The notes beneath the pieces are model-generated. The model was not told the DNA's origin. It made no database searches and saw nothing but the letters and a program-made list of their open reading frames with translations. 64,000 bases of DNA. Source: a virus. The position numbers were made by a program, and so were the translations under genes. The number at the start of each line of letters is the position of its first letter. Positions within the stretch are counted from its first letter, which is position 1. The DNA is taken from IMG/VR virus record IMGVR_UViG_3300044712_001218, positions 9,402-73,401 of that record. One strand, given 5' to 3'. Below are positions 29,215 to 39,656 of this stretch, piece after piece.

Positions 29215-30128
29215 TAAGACAAACTAAACATAGAGGATCAGTATCAGCTATCCTATGTAGTGATATTCATCTACGAGAGGATAAACCAATTTGTCGTACT
29301 GATGACTATTGGAATGCTCAGTGGAAGAAAATGGATTATATTGGTTATCTTCAAGGTAAATATGATTGCCCTGTACTTTGTGGAGGAGATTTATTTAACC
29401 ATTGGAAACCTTCCCCAATGCTTCTTTCTGAAACAATTAAACATATTCCAAAACAATTCTTTACTGTTTATGGACAACACGATCTTCCTCAGCATAATTT
29501 AGATTTAGCATATAAAAGTGGAATATTTACTTTGTGGATGGGAGGTCATATAGAATTATTAGCTCAAGGACATTGGGGACAGGAAATAGATATAAATAAA
29601 TCCAGTATAACATTAGAAAAAATTCCAATACTTGTGTTGCATATTACTACTTATGTAGGTTCTCTTCCTTTTGAAGCTACTCCAGCTAGCAAAATTCTCA
29701 AAGACTATCCTCAGTACAAACTTATTTTGACAGGAGATAATCATCAACCTTTTGTCACAAGGATACAAGATAGTTATGTTAATGGAGTTGAAAAATTTAG
29801 ACTCTTAGTTAATCCCGGTAGTATGATGAGAATGACTGCTGATCAAATCAACCACGATCCACGGGTTTATCTTTGGTATGCTGAAAGTAATACGGTGGAA
29901 CCTATTTATCTTCCTATTGAAGAGGATGTAATAAGCCGGGAGCATATTGATATTCAACAAAAGAGAGATGCCCGTATAGATGCTTTTATTAGTAGTCTTG
30001 ATGGTGATTGGAAAGCAACTATGTCTTTTGAAGATAATCTCCAGGTTTTTGAAAAGAAGAATAATGTGGAAAAAGAAGTAATGAATATAATCTATAAATC
30101 ACTTGAAAATGAAAAATCTCAAATCTAA
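29211..30128 (+). CDS. SbcD/Mre11-like metallophosphoesterase nuclease
   Basis: SDIH; GGDLF; YGQHD; LH; GDNH; NPGS. Confidence 0.88.
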   Translation: MIRQTKHRGSVSAILCSDIHLREDKPICRTDDYWNAQWKKMDYIGYLQGKYDCPVLCGGDLFNHWKPSPMLLSETIKHIPKQFFTVYGQHDLPQHNLDLAYKSGIFTLWMGGHIELLAQGHWGQEIDINKSSITLEKIPILVLHITTYVGSLPFEATPASKILKDYPQYKLILTGDNHQPFVTRIQDSYVNGVEKFRLLVNPGSMMRMTADQINHDPRVYLWYAESNTVEPIYLPIEEDVISREHIDIQQKRDARIDAFISSLDGDWKATMSFEDNLQVFEKKNNVEKEVMNIIYKSLENEKSQI

Positions 30129-30293
30129 AACCTTTTTGATGTATGCTTTTATAATATTACTAACTGGAATGTTATATCTTGTTATTAAATATGAATTACT
30201 AGCAAAGATAATTGCCATAATAGCTGTTCTCTTTGGAGGGGGAATAATATTTTGGGGTCTTGGTGAAATTGATAATGACTAAATATAAATAAT

Positions 30294-30527
30294 ATGACAG
30301 AACAAGAATTACTCAGATTAAAAAAGAAAGTTGAGGATACTAAACAACAAAAATCTCAACTGGAAGGACAGAAGGTAGCTTTAATGAAACAACTCAAAGA
30401 TGATTGGAAAGTGAAATCATTGGAAGAAGCTACTGCCAAAATGAACTCATTAGCTGAAGAAGTAGAGCAGCTAACTAAACAAATTGAAAAGGGTAGTAAA
30501 GAACTAGAAGAAAAATATGAGCTATGA
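30294..30527 (+). CDS. Short coiled-coil protein
   Basis: Heptad-rich; between the nuclease and the SbcC C-half. Confidence 0.65.
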   Translation: MTEQELLRLKKKVEDTKQQKSQLEGQKVALMKQLKDDWKVKSLEEATAKMNSLAEEVEQLTKQIEKGSKELEEKYEL

Positions 30528-30606
30528 CCTACGATGAATTTGCAATAGCCTGTGCTATTATAGGAGTCCTTCTTCTCATCATAGCTAAAAACATTAAAAT
30601 AAAGAA

Positions 30607-31212
30607 ATGATACCAATACAAGAACTCAGGAATAGATTAGAACGAAGGAAAGGGAAAAAACAACAAATAATTGAAACCCTTTCTATCCTTCGAGCAGAAC
30701 TACAAGCCTTATCTAAGTCATTAGTCTTACATGAAAAGGCAAAAGAAGTAATCAGGGAAGTTGGAATAAAAACCCAACAACAATTGGTTTATCATATCAG
30801 TGATATTACTTCTTTAGCTTTAGATACTATTTTTGATGATCCATATTCTCTAGAAGTAGAGTTTGTTCAGAGGAGGAATAAAAATGAATGTGATCTCCTT
30901 TTTGTCCGTAATGGTGAGCGGATAGATCCCTTGAGTGCATCAGGTGGAGGAGCGGTTGATGTGGCTTCCTTTGCCCTTAGAATAGCCAGTTGGAGTATGC
31001 AGATGCCTCATTCCAGAAATACTATTATACTAGATGAACCTTTGAAATTTCTTAGTATGGATCATCAGGAACAGGCAAGTCAGATGATAAAGGAAATTTC
31101 AAAAAGACTGAATATTCAGTTCATTATAATTACTCATAACGAAGTGCTCGCCAGTTATGCGGATAAGACTTTTACAACCAGTATTAATAACGGTAAAACT
31201 ACAGTAACATGA
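30607..31212 (+). CDS. SbcC/Rad50-like ATPase, C-terminal half
   Basis: Signature SGGG; Walker B IILDEP; H-loop IITH. Confidence 0.85.
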   Translation: MIPIQELRNRLERRKGKKQQIIETLSILRAELQALSKSLVLHEKAKEVIREVGIKTQQQLVYHISDITSLALDTIFDDPYSLEVEFVQRRNKNECDLLFVRNGERIDPLSASGGGAVDVASFALRIASWSMQMPHSRNTIILDEPLKFLSMDHQEQASQMIKEISKRLNIQFIIITHNEVLASYADKTFTTSINNGKTTVT

Positions 31213-31424
31213 AAGTATCAATAGGAGGGCGTACTGAAATTACAGTAGAACCTATGGAATTATTTAAACCTGACGAACTTACAGTAGAGTTTTATTATAG
31301 GCGCGGTACACATTACTTCTTTCGTGGAGAAGGTGAAAAATTAGAAATCACAACACCTGAATTATTACCAAATAAAACTCTTATAAAAGGACATTATTAT
31401 ACCATTAAAATTGAATACAAATGA
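31209..31424 (+). CDS. Hypothetical protein
   Basis: Coupled ORF. Confidence 0.5.
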   Translation: MKVSIGGRTEITVEPMELFKPDELTVEFYYRRGTHYFFRGEGEKLEITTPELLPNKTLIKGHYYTIKIEYK

Positions 31425-31903
31425 ATGAACAAGAATTTAAACCTGAAACAGGACAAACCCATTGGGGAGTAATAATATGGGTAGTTGTTATGATGCTATT
31501 GTTATTTGCATGGACTAAACGCGATTCTATTGAAAAGCTGTTCCATAGGAATACTACACAAATACAGGATATCACTACAGGAGGAGTAGTTGGGCAAAGA
31601 GTATATATACCAAAAGAAGATATTCCATGTGATTTTAAAATAACAGGTTGTTATAAAATGCTTTATAGTGAAGATAAAGGAGTTTACATTATTAGAAAAA
31701 ATGAAGGGTATAAGCAAGGGTTTGATCTCTATAGTTATATGTGTACAGGTAGAGGAACTAAAGATTTATTCTTTTGGTTGCCTGAAGATTATCCTCCAAA
31801 TATGTATTTAGATAGTTGTCAAGCTAAAAATGATTTGAAAAGGTACTTAGATGCAGAATATAAAAAGACACATAAAAATGATTACTTAAAAGAATTTAAA
31901 TGA
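31421..31903 (+). CDS. Membrane-anchored hypothetical protein
   Basis: N-terminal TM helix. Confidence 0.6.
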   Translation: MNEQEFKPETGQTHWGVIIWVVVMMLLLFAWTKRDSIEKLFHRNTTQIQDITTGGVVGQRVYIPKEDIPCDFKITGCYKMLYSEDKGVYIIRKNEGYKQGFDLYSYMCTGRGTKDLFFWLPEDYPPNMYLDSCQAKNDLKRYLDAEYKKTHKNDYLKEFK

Positions 31904-32214
31904 CTCACATAGAACGACTACTCGCAGAACTACAATCAAGAGCCCATCTCAGCACTTATCAGTTAGAGTTAGTAAAGCAATACATGGAATATACGTATGG
32001 TGTAGGATTTGATGAAGCACGACTAACAATAGGTGGGCAAACAAGACGTCCCATACAGCAAATAAAAGATGGAAAAGTAGTAGCTACATATGAAAGTCAA
32101 ACAGAAGCTGCCCGTGCTATGGGTTGTAATCAAGCCAGTATTTCAAGAGTTGTTTCAGGGATACGGGAATCTGTAAAAGGATATAAATTCAAGAATGTAA
32201 AACAAAGTGCATAA
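31900..32214 (+). CDS. NUMOD1/HTH DNA-binding protein
   Basis: IQQIKDGKVVATYES.TEAAR.MG....SISRV..G.R...KGYKF. Confidence 0.7.
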   Translation: MTHIERLLAELQSRAHLSTYQLELVKQYMEYTYGVGFDEARLTIGGQTRRPIQQIKDGKVVATYESQTEAARAMGCNQASISRVVSGIRESVKGYKFKNVKQSA

Positions 32215-32253
32215 AAAACCGGGGATAGGAAAACCCTTAAAACCTACCCCCGG
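32213..32253 (-). terminator. Intrinsic terminator at the convergence of the two arms
   Basis: Minus strand CCGGGGGTAGG-loop-CCTATCCCCGG followed by T6. Confidence 0.8.
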
Positions 32254-32293
32254 ATAACCAACTAAACCCTAAACAACAAAAACAGAACAAACA

Positions 32294-32647
32294 CTAATCA
32301 AGATCAGCAATCACGCCTTTCAAAATTTTAAGGACACCAAGAACGACATCCTTTACTGCTTGTTTTAATCCAGTTTTGTTTATGAGCTGAACCAATGTAT
32401 CAATAGCCTCAGCCCCAGCATCATCATAATCACCAGCAACAACTAAATCCATAGCCTGATGAAACTCAGGTTTAAATTCGTCAGGGATATCATCACTGAC
32501 ATTATTGTTAATAGCATTTAAGATAAGCCTATACATCAGGTTATCTACTTTGTCTCCAAAACCTTTTTTAAAGGTCCATTTATCCAATAAATTTGCTTGC
32601 CAATCAATATGAGCAGCAAGAAACAGTGGAATTGTGTTTGTTCCCAT
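32294..32647 (-). CDS. Hypothetical protein (lysis region)
   Basis: ORF track. Confidence 0.65.
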   Translation of the reverse strand: MGTNTIPLFLAAHIDWQANLLDKWTFKKGFGDKVDNLMYRLILNAINNNVSDDIPDEFKPEFHQAMDLVVAGDYDDAGAEAIDTLVQLINKTGLKQAVKDVVLGVLKILKGVIADLD

Positions 32648-32674
32648 GATAATAAAATTTAAATTGTTTAAAAA

Positions 32675-33040
32675 CTAAATAGCCTTTTTTAATTGATCAA
32701 TTTCTTCTTTAACAAGCCCTGCCTTTTTAATATCATCCTTTTTATCCACCTCTGCTTGTTTTACCACCTCTACTGCCTGTTTAACTGCTGCCACATCATC
32801 CTTAAAACAATTAGTTAGGAATTTAGCACTGGCAGCACATATTACGGATACTGCCGCCACAATTGGATTCTTTGATACGGCAGCAATAGCCGAAGTTACA
32901 GAACCAGCAAACAATAGCCAATCTCCCAATTTTCTAAAGAATTTTGGAGTTGGCTTATAATAAGTATCACTGAATGGTAATCCTACTCGTAAAGTTCCAT
33001 TACCTACAGGAATGCTTCCTTTTTTGATTTTATCAATCAT
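32675..33040 (-). CDS. Putative holin
   Basis: PTPKFFRKLGD followed by two TM helices; next to endolysin. Confidence 0.55.
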   Translation of the reverse strand: MIDKIKKGSIPVGNGTLRVGLPFSDTYYKPTPKFFRKLGDWLLFAGSVTSAIAAVSKNPIVAAVSVICAASAKFLTNCFKDDVAAVKQAVEVVKQAEVDKKDDIKKAGLVKEEIDQLKKAI

Positions 33041-33064
33041 TTTGTAATTTTTAATTTGTTTATA

Positions 33065-33526
33065 TTAGACCATTTTCATATAATGACCATTTACACATCG
33101 TAACACTTCTTTCCTATTATGACCTTCCCAATAACTCACATGAACCCAGTCTGGAGAATTATTATCACCATATTCCCATATAAGTTGGTCGAAGGTTAAA
33201 TTATTCTTTATACAATAGAATATATCCTTATTGGAAGGTCCTGCCGGATTATTATCATTGTCAATATCAATTGCAGCCCCTGCATCACAAAGATGCTGAC
33301 TAGTAGGACTTCCCCCTACTACTTTGTTTAACGCATCACATCTAAAAAATGAATTAATCCACAAAGCTTTTCCACCAAGCAATAATCGTAGGGGTTCAAA
33401 TAGATTCATCCCTATCTTATGCATAAAAGCTAATTGCTCCACATTAGGAGTATTTAAAATACCCTTCTTGATGGCAGTTCTGGAGAAAGTTGCTTCTCTA
33501 TAAGTAATATGTTCCGATATATTCAT
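33065..33526 (-). CDS. Endolysin, peptidase M15A
   Basis: INSFFRC..LN..VGGS.TSQH; AIDI; FDQLIWE; WVHVS. Confidence 0.85.
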   Translation of the reverse strand: MNISEHITYREATFSRTAIKKGILNTPNVEQLAFMHKIGMNLFEPLRLLLGGKALWINSFFRCDALNKVVGGSPTSQHLCDAGAAIDIDNDNNPAGPSNKDIFYCIKNNLTFDQLIWEYGDNNSPDWVHVSYWEGHNRKEVLRCVNGHYMKMV

Positions 33527-34023
33527 TTGAATATCTCCATTATGGTTTTAATAATAGGCTGTATGTTTTGTAACTTATCAGCTACCCATGCTCCTATAAC
33601 TACTAAGGTTAAAAATATCATAATAGCTTTCAGTGGTTTTTGTTTTATGTACTGAATAATAGCAGTGTCCCGCTGAATCTGATCAATTACTTTATCACGG
33701 GCTATTAATTGTTCCGCTTGGCGTTTAAGTAACTGGTCATGTTCTAATACATTTCCATTAGTTTTATCCTGCTTTTTTAACATTTGCCTCATCATCTCTA
33801 CTTCCACATCGTGATTGGAAATCATCTCCGCATGAAAAGCGGTCACTCTTTCCTCCAAAATCCCTTTGGTCTCTTTAATAGATTCTTTGATATTGAGATG
33901 CTCCTCTTTCTTAATCTCCTTTAAATCATTTAATGCTTCTTTAATATTCCCTACTTCGGTTTGGATGTTTTTAATCGGTTCCTCTTGAGGACACGGAAAG
34001 GAATGCATAGTTTCATCAGCCAT
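33523..34023 (-). CDS. Coiled-coil protein with C-terminal TM helix (lysis accessory)
   Basis: KTNG.V motif, TM helix, upstream of endolysin. Confidence 0.55.
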   Translation of the reverse strand: MADETMHSFPCPQEEPIKNIQTEVGNIKEALNDLKEIKKEEHLNIKESIKETKGILEERVTAFHAEMISNHDVEVEMMRQMLKKQDKTNGNVLEHDQLLKRQAEQLIARDKVIDQIQRDTAIIQYIKQKPLKAIMIFLTLVVIGAWVADKLQNIQPIIKTIMEIFK

Positions 34024-34056
34024 TACTTTAAGTTTTTTAATGGTTAATACTCGTTT

Positions 34057-37000
34057 TTATTGTTTATCATATTTAATTGCTTGACTCTTGGTTACTCCCG
34101 TACTCCATCCTGAATGGATCTCAATCGTAAACGGCCCGGTTATGCTGTATGTTCCTGATGGCGCTTCATAAGCCGGTAATCCGTTTCTGCTTGTCCTTCC
34201 GAAGGTGTGTTGTAGGACTTTCCCTGCTCCTACTCCACTGTATACCTTGACCCAGGCATCCTGATTTGGTTCATCCGGTCCATATCCCCATTCAGCGGTA
34301 ACAAATCTGTAATTTACAGTACCTGTTACGTTGATTACTTTTGTGGTGTACCCGTGATTGTTCGGGGGATTCAGAATATAGAACTTGTTATTTCCGGCAT
34401 CATAAACCGTGTCATGATCGGCGGTGTAGGTTTCATCAGTGAATAATGACGGTTTTTTATATGAATCAACCGGAGGGGTAACCTGGGATATTCTATGCCC
34501 CAAAGCATGAGCTTTTGGTGTAAAATTCACCGCACCTGGTTTATATTTCCACACTACGAAATTATCCAACCGGATCCATTCATCGGATTGGGCTGCATAG
34601 TTGTAATTCTCTGAACCACCGTGAAAAAATGACATATTAATCATTTCCACCTTTCCGAAATCCTTACCCCCGTCCCCTGCATGAAATTCCTGTGTCTGGC
34701 TTCTGAATTTAAAATGAGTATATCGTGCTGTTAAAATTCCATTTATGTATACTTCGCATATGGCATCATGGGTACTTGGCTTTCCTACATACCAGTGATG
34801 AATCACATTTTGCCACACACCAAGCGGGCGGGACCAGTATCCGGAATCAGCCCTTACAAATCCATCCCACCATACATGCCCGGCGTTTCCTTCAATAAAT
34901 GGAATCATATCCTGATTATAGATATAAGCCATTTGATTTGATCCACCTACATCATGAAACCATCCTGCGCGACCCGAAACCGTTACGGTGTCTACTATTC
35001 CACCGGGATAATTCGCTGCAAAATCTATGTTATTCCCTGCGGTAAATCCGGTAGATGCTTTATAGGATGTTGAGCCACCCATCCCGGCCGCAAGGAAGTT
35101 AGGGTCCATATAAACATCAGCCGACATCCAAATATCGGAAGCGGTATCCATAAGACAAACGTCAAAAGCAAAACTATTCCAACAATCCGTTGGCGCATGG
35201 GCGTAACTCTTTATATACCCTCTCCAGACATTCCCGTGTGTCCCACCTGTATTTTCAATTGATAATTGAGAGAAATGGTTATTGGTATAAGCAATTGGCC
35301 ATCTTTTCTCTAAACTGTCAGCTGTATTAACAGAGGAGTTTGTCCATCCAGTAAATGTTTCTGCAAATAAATATTCAATAGTATCATTTGCTGGAGGTTG
35401 AGGAGGCGTAACTTCATCCAAAGCTCGGTATACCCGATTATAAGACAATAAATTATTCGCTTTCATTTTACGTGGTTTACTTACAACCTCTCCCCCCGGC
35501 CATGGGTAAGTTTGCCCAGTACCATAATTGTAATCTACGGTTAGATCACTGGATGATAAAGCAGAATTGAAATAGGCAATTTCATCTATTGTACCAATAA
35601 ATTTCTGCACATTATTATACATTTGCCCAATCAAATTACTATAAGCCCCAGCTGTAAATTCCGTAGAATAATTGGTTAGAGTTTGTACATCCCCGTTAAC
35701 GCAATATAAAACGGTATTCGTAGTTTGATTATATGATACTGCTATATAATTCCACTGATTTAAAGTAACAGCCATTGTACTAGGTGTAGCATTATTATAA
35801 TTATTCTTACCCAACACTAACTTCCTATTATTATCTATAAATATAGTCATGCAATTATCCTGCCCACCAACAATTCCATTCTGAGTTTGCAGGGTAAGAT
35901 TGGTTGGGTAAATCCATGCACGGACAGTAAAGTTTTCCGCAGCAAATTCAAATACTGAATTATTAGGAACTGTTATACGGCTATTATTAGCTCCATTGAA
36001 AGCATAACCTGTACCAAACATGCCTGTTTGGTTTACAGTGACGCCAGCCCCAGTAGTCCCATTATTACCTGAAGATATTTCTTCAACCGCTACCAATCCA
36101 CTAGATTCATCCAACTTGTAATAAGCCATTGGAGCAGTAAAAGAAGCTATACTTATACGTTCATCTAATACATTAGAATATACTGTACCGCATGTAGCAT
36201 CTGTTACTCTCCGTACGAAGTAAGTTCTTTCTGCAATAGTCCCATAATCATATGTGGTAGAGTTGCTACTATTAATAGTAGTCCACCCTGTAGCTGCCCC
36301 CGGTACAGTGGTTGTGGTAGAGTATTGCCAAGCATAGGTATAAGACCCTGTACCACCGTTAGCAGGGGTTATAGAACGGAAAGCAGGTAAATTAGCTCCA
36401 GATGATACTGTACGACTATCCGCTATCACCCCAGCCTGTAAAGGATCACGTACCGTAATGGTTACTGTATTACTATATGCATAACAATAATTATCATTCA
36501 CCCTACGTCGGTATTCTGTAGTAGTGTATAAAGCAGGTGGATCATATACATTACTGGAAGCCATTGTTGATATCAAAGTCCATGTACCTCCCGGTGGACG
36601 TGTTTCCCATGCATAAGTTAATCCTCCACTACCCCCTGAAGCATTTACAGTACTAGTTAAAACGGCCGGATTAACTCCATTGCATTGGGTAGCAGAAGTA
36701 GCTATTGTACCCCCTAATAATTCTGTGCGAGCTGTAATTGTAGCTACGTTTGAATAAGCTATTGTAAAAGCATCATATACTTTACGAACAAAATACGTGG
36801 TGGAAGTAATTCCATCAGAAGGATTATATGCCACCCCGGTAGCTCCTGGTATATCTGTCCACACACCTACTCCCGGCTGGGAGCTAGTAGTGGATTTTTG
36901 CCATTGGTAAATATAATAACGACTACCTCCTAATGCACCATATTGATTAGTAAAGTAACCGGGGTCATCATTATAACAAGTTGTATATATACTTTGCCCG

Positions 37001-37701
37001 ATAACTCCTCCGGTTAAAACATCACCAGAATTACCACATTCAAAATTATCTATTAACGTATATAAATTATTATTTATGTCTGAAGCCCCATAAGCTACAA
37101 TACCAGCATAAGAATGTGAAGGATAATTTCCCGGAATATCTATATCCGTAACAATACCATCTCCACTAATACTAGCATCTAATATACCATTTCGATAAAA
37201 ATATAATACATTCCTTTTTGCCACTAGTTTTACTACATCATTCATAGTCCAAGATAATCCCGTAGCCATAATAAATTTAAAACCATTTATTACTTTAAAG
37301 AAATATGATTTTGTGGAATCACTAGACCAACCATAATAATTCCCACCATTTACTGTATTCATCCTTACAGCCACCCCCATTGCCAGACTACCATATTCTT
37401 TTATATAAGTAACTTGAGCGTATTGATCATCCATTAAATCACCACCACCACCTACATACATCATTGCATTATCTGCGGTACCAGAACAATATAGTGTATA
37501 AGAACCACCATATGAAGTAATACAAAAATAAAAAGGGCCTCCTGTATAATTATTACTACCATGAGTAACTAAAGTCCAATTTGACCAATTTTCAATACCC
37601 CTTCCAAGAGGACCATACGTATTGAAATTGTCTATGTAGGCCTGTCCATAAGACAGCACCACCATACATACACTAATTAAAGTAAGTGTAAAACGTTTCA
37701 T
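34057..37701 (-). CDS. Large signal-peptide protein: Ig-like repeats, LamG lectin, polysaccharide-lyase (PL14-like) domain
   Basis: MKRF...SYG/Q; three Y.WQ...W..I.GA....Y.P...T.YF.R.V repeats; YYKLDE...F.G.IDE..FN.AL; FFHGG...D..I.LDNF.V. Confidence 0.7.
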   Translation of the reverse strand: MKRFTLTLISVCMVVLSYGQAYIDNFNTYGPLGRGIENWSNWTLVTHGSNNYTGGPFYFCITSYGGSYTLYCSGTADNAMMYVGGGGDLMDDQYAQVTYIKEYGSLAMGVAVRMNTVNGGNYYGWSSDSTKSYFFKVINGFKFIMATGLSWTMNDVVKLVAKRNVLYFYRNGILDASISGDGIVTDIDIPGNYPSHSYAGIVAYGASDINNNLYTLIDNFECGNSGDVLTGGVIGQSIYTTCYNDDPGYFTNQYGALGGSRYYIYQWQKSTTSSQPGVGVWTDIPGATGVAYNPSDGITSTTYFVRKVYDAFTIAYSNVATITARTELLGGTIATSATQCNGVNPAVLTSTVNASGGSGGLTYAWETRPPGGTWTLISTMASSNVYDPPALYTTTEYRRRVNDNYCYAYSNTVTITVRDPLQAGVIADSRTVSSGANLPAFRSITPANGGTGSYTYAWQYSTTTTVPGAATGWTTINSSNSTTYDYGTIAERTYFVRRVTDATCGTVYSNVLDERISIASFTAPMAYYKLDESSGLVAVEEISSGNNGTTGAGVTVNQTGMFGTGYAFNGANNSRITVPNNSVFEFAAENFTVRAWIYPTNLTLQTQNGIVGGQDNCMTIFIDNNRKLVLGKNNYNNATPSTMAVTLNQWNYIAVSYNQTTNTVLYCVNGDVQTLTNYSTEFTAGAYSNLIGQMYNNVQKFIGTIDEIAYFNSALSSSDLTVDYNYGTGQTYPWPGGEVVSKPRKMKANNLLSYNRVYRALDEVTPPQPPANDTIEYLFAETFTGWTNSSVNTADSLEKRWPIAYTNNHFSQLSIENTGGTHGNVWRGYIKSYAHAPTDCWNSFAFDVCLMDTASDIWMSADVYMDPNFLAAGMGGSTSYKASTGFTAGNNIDFAANYPGGIVDTVTVSGRAGWFHDVGGSNQMAYIYNQDMIPFIEGNAGHVWWDGFVRADSGYWSRPLGVWQNVIHHWYVGKPSTHDAICEVYINGILTARYTHFKFRSQTQEFHAGDGGKDFGKVEMINMSFFHGGSENYNYAAQSDEWIRLDNFVVWKYKPGAVNFTPKAHALGHRISQVTPPVDSYKKPSLFTDETYTADHDTVYDAGNNKFYILNPPNNHGYTTKVINVTGTVNYRFVTAEWGYGPDEPNQDAWVKVYSGVGAGKVLQHTFGRTSRNGLPAYEAPSGTYSITGPFTIEIHSGWSTGVTKSQAIKYDKQ

Positions 37702-39647
37702 AATTTCTGGAATGTTAAGTTAACAAGTAATCCATACGGAGCCGTTGTACCAGTACCAAGTGTCCAAACTAATTTAATCCTATCTCCACGTATTACATCA
37801 TCATTCGCTTCATTAATATCAGCATCAGTAGTAAAATTAGCCCCTACACTGGTCATGTTAGCCTCTACACCTCCGCGATTCCTCCATACGGTAACCGTAG
37901 GTACTCGGTCACCTTGGCTATTAGCATAATACAATTCAGCCCCTATTAAGGTATACCCATCTAGGGCACTTGTAATAGGATATTGATAAGGAGTGCTTCC
38001 ACTACTAGCTGCAATGGTATCAGTGGCCGTATATACTATACTTATCGGTGGATTAGCCCGTTTAATTGCTCCAGTACTGGTTACTGTAAGAAGTATATTA
38101 GATTCCCCGGTATATTGTTTTAAATATACACTATCTCCCACAACCGTAAATATATTAGTCCCTCCTGTCTTTTTAACAGCAAAGGATGTATCAGCAGTAG
38201 ATTGTATTCTTAACCCTCCTGCCAATCCTATTTTAGTATTGCTTTCATACTTATTACCGTGTATATTAGCCGTATATTTATAAAGAGCTGGAAATACGGT
38301 AGTATCACCTATACCTATTCTACCAATGGAAGCTCCTGAGGCGTATAACATCCCGTTATAATTCATACGCGTACGATTAGATGGGTTGTTTGTACCAGAG
38401 TACCAAGCTCCTGCTGTTTTAGTTGTTCCGGTGTATAACCATGCCGGATAACCTAACATTGTAGAAGCACTAGCCCATACTCCAATCTGCCCAGCTGCAG
38501 GTGTACCGACCGCAACCATATTACCAGTTCCTCCTTCCCCTCCAGTACCATGAGCCCTTGAATAAGCATTAGTAGCTAATGTATCCGTATTACTACGCCA
38601 ATACGTTCCATCAAATGCATACATTCCTGCTCCATGTGTAAATTCTATGGCTGTACTAGTTAAAGCTATATCATTATTTCCCACAACTCCATCATTGATT
38701 CCCGGAATACCAGTGTTAATATTTAATCTACCTCCCCCCGGATAATCACTACCAAATTCAATTTCATAATTAGAATATCCTTTTGCATAAGCATAAGGAC
38801 CGTAACGAACAGTATCCGTATTAGATAATCCTCCACCACCACTTACTAAATCATTCAAATAATATGTTCCTGTAGCATCCGATAGTACCAAACTATCTCC
38901 TTCCATCCCGACCTGAGGATGACCCGTTCCATATAAACTTCCTACTCCTTTAAAATCTATATAATTCCCCATATAAAGATTTCCCGTAACTTCAGCATCT
39001 CCCGTAACTTTTAATTTGCGGGTGGTAGCAGTACTACCCCCTAAATGCCAATTCAAAGATGTGCTGGTGGAATAACTGGTTAAAGTGGTTGAAGATAATC
39101 CTGCTGTGAAAGTCCGACTGAACGGACCTCCTTCGATTAATGAAGATAGAGTTTTACCGGAAGGATTATTAGCATCCTTTAAATACAAATCATCTCCAAT
39201 AGAATAAATATCTCCCGTTCCTCCTCCAACAGCATCTAATAAAACATGATTAACATGAAAATCTCCATAAACTCTACTATTTCCTGTTACATCTAATTTG
39301 TAACTAGGAACTCCCCCAACACCTAAAGAATCTAAGACATTAGTAACGGTTAATCTCCTCCCAGTTCTACTGAAATAACCTCCTCCCCCTATATCTAATC
39401 GCAAAGCTGCCAAACTATCTACTGTTCTTTGCCACCGTGCAATTAAGCTATCACTAACAGCTTCCATAAACGTATTACCAGATATCCGCTTACTGCCCAC
39501 ACCTTGATCCATAGTATAAAACCAGTCGTTTAAATGAAATGTATTATCTACATTCATATTCATAAGCGGTTTAGGGGTAAGTACAGTTTGGGCAGTACAA
39601 TTTAATACTATTATTACTAAACCAAGAACTATTATTAGCTTTTTCAT
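37698..39647 (-). CDS. Signal-peptide tail-fibre-like protein
   Basis: MKKL...CTA/Q; G/T-rich; SLGVG..PSYKLDV.G fibre repeats; directly downstream of tail genes. Confidence 0.6.
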   Translation of the reverse strand: MKKLIIVLGLVIIVLNCTAQTVLTPKPLMNMNVDNTFHLNDWFYTMDQGVGSKRISGNTFMEAVSDSLIARWQRTVDSLAALRLDIGGGGYFSRTGRRLTVTNVLDSLGVGGVPSYKLDVTGNSRVYGDFHVNHVLLDAVGGGTGDIYSIGDDLYLKDANNPSGKTLSSLIEGGPFSRTFTAGLSSTTLTSYSTSTSLNWHLGGSTATTRKLKVTGDAEVTGNLYMGNYIDFKGVGSLYGTGHPQVGMEGDSLVLSDATGTYYLNDLVSGGGGLSNTDTVRYGPYAYAKGYSNYEIEFGSDYPGGGRLNINTGIPGINDGVVGNNDIALTSTAIEFTHGAGMYAFDGTYWRSNTDTLATNAYSRAHGTGGEGGTGNMVAVGTPAAGQIGVWASASTMLGYPAWLYTGTTKTAGAWYSGTNNPSNRTRMNYNGMLYASGASIGRIGIGDTTVFPALYKYTANIHGNKYESNTKIGLAGGLRIQSTADTSFAVKKTGGTNIFTVVGDSVYLKQYTGESNILLTVTSTGAIKRANPPISIVYTATDTIAASSGSTPYQYPITSALDGYTLIGAELYYANSQGDRVPTVTVWRNRGGVEANMTSVGANFTTDADINEANDDVIRGDRIKLVWTLGTGTTAPYGLLVNLTFQKL

Positions 39648-39656
39648 ATCATTTAT

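Noticed and set aside
32294-32303. Third CTAATCAAG copy
   Set aside because: Opposite orientation, formed by the last codons of a gene, no matching stem
34057-39647. Diversity-generating retroelement acting on fibres
   Set aside because: No reverse transcriptase or template/variable repeat pair seen in the window
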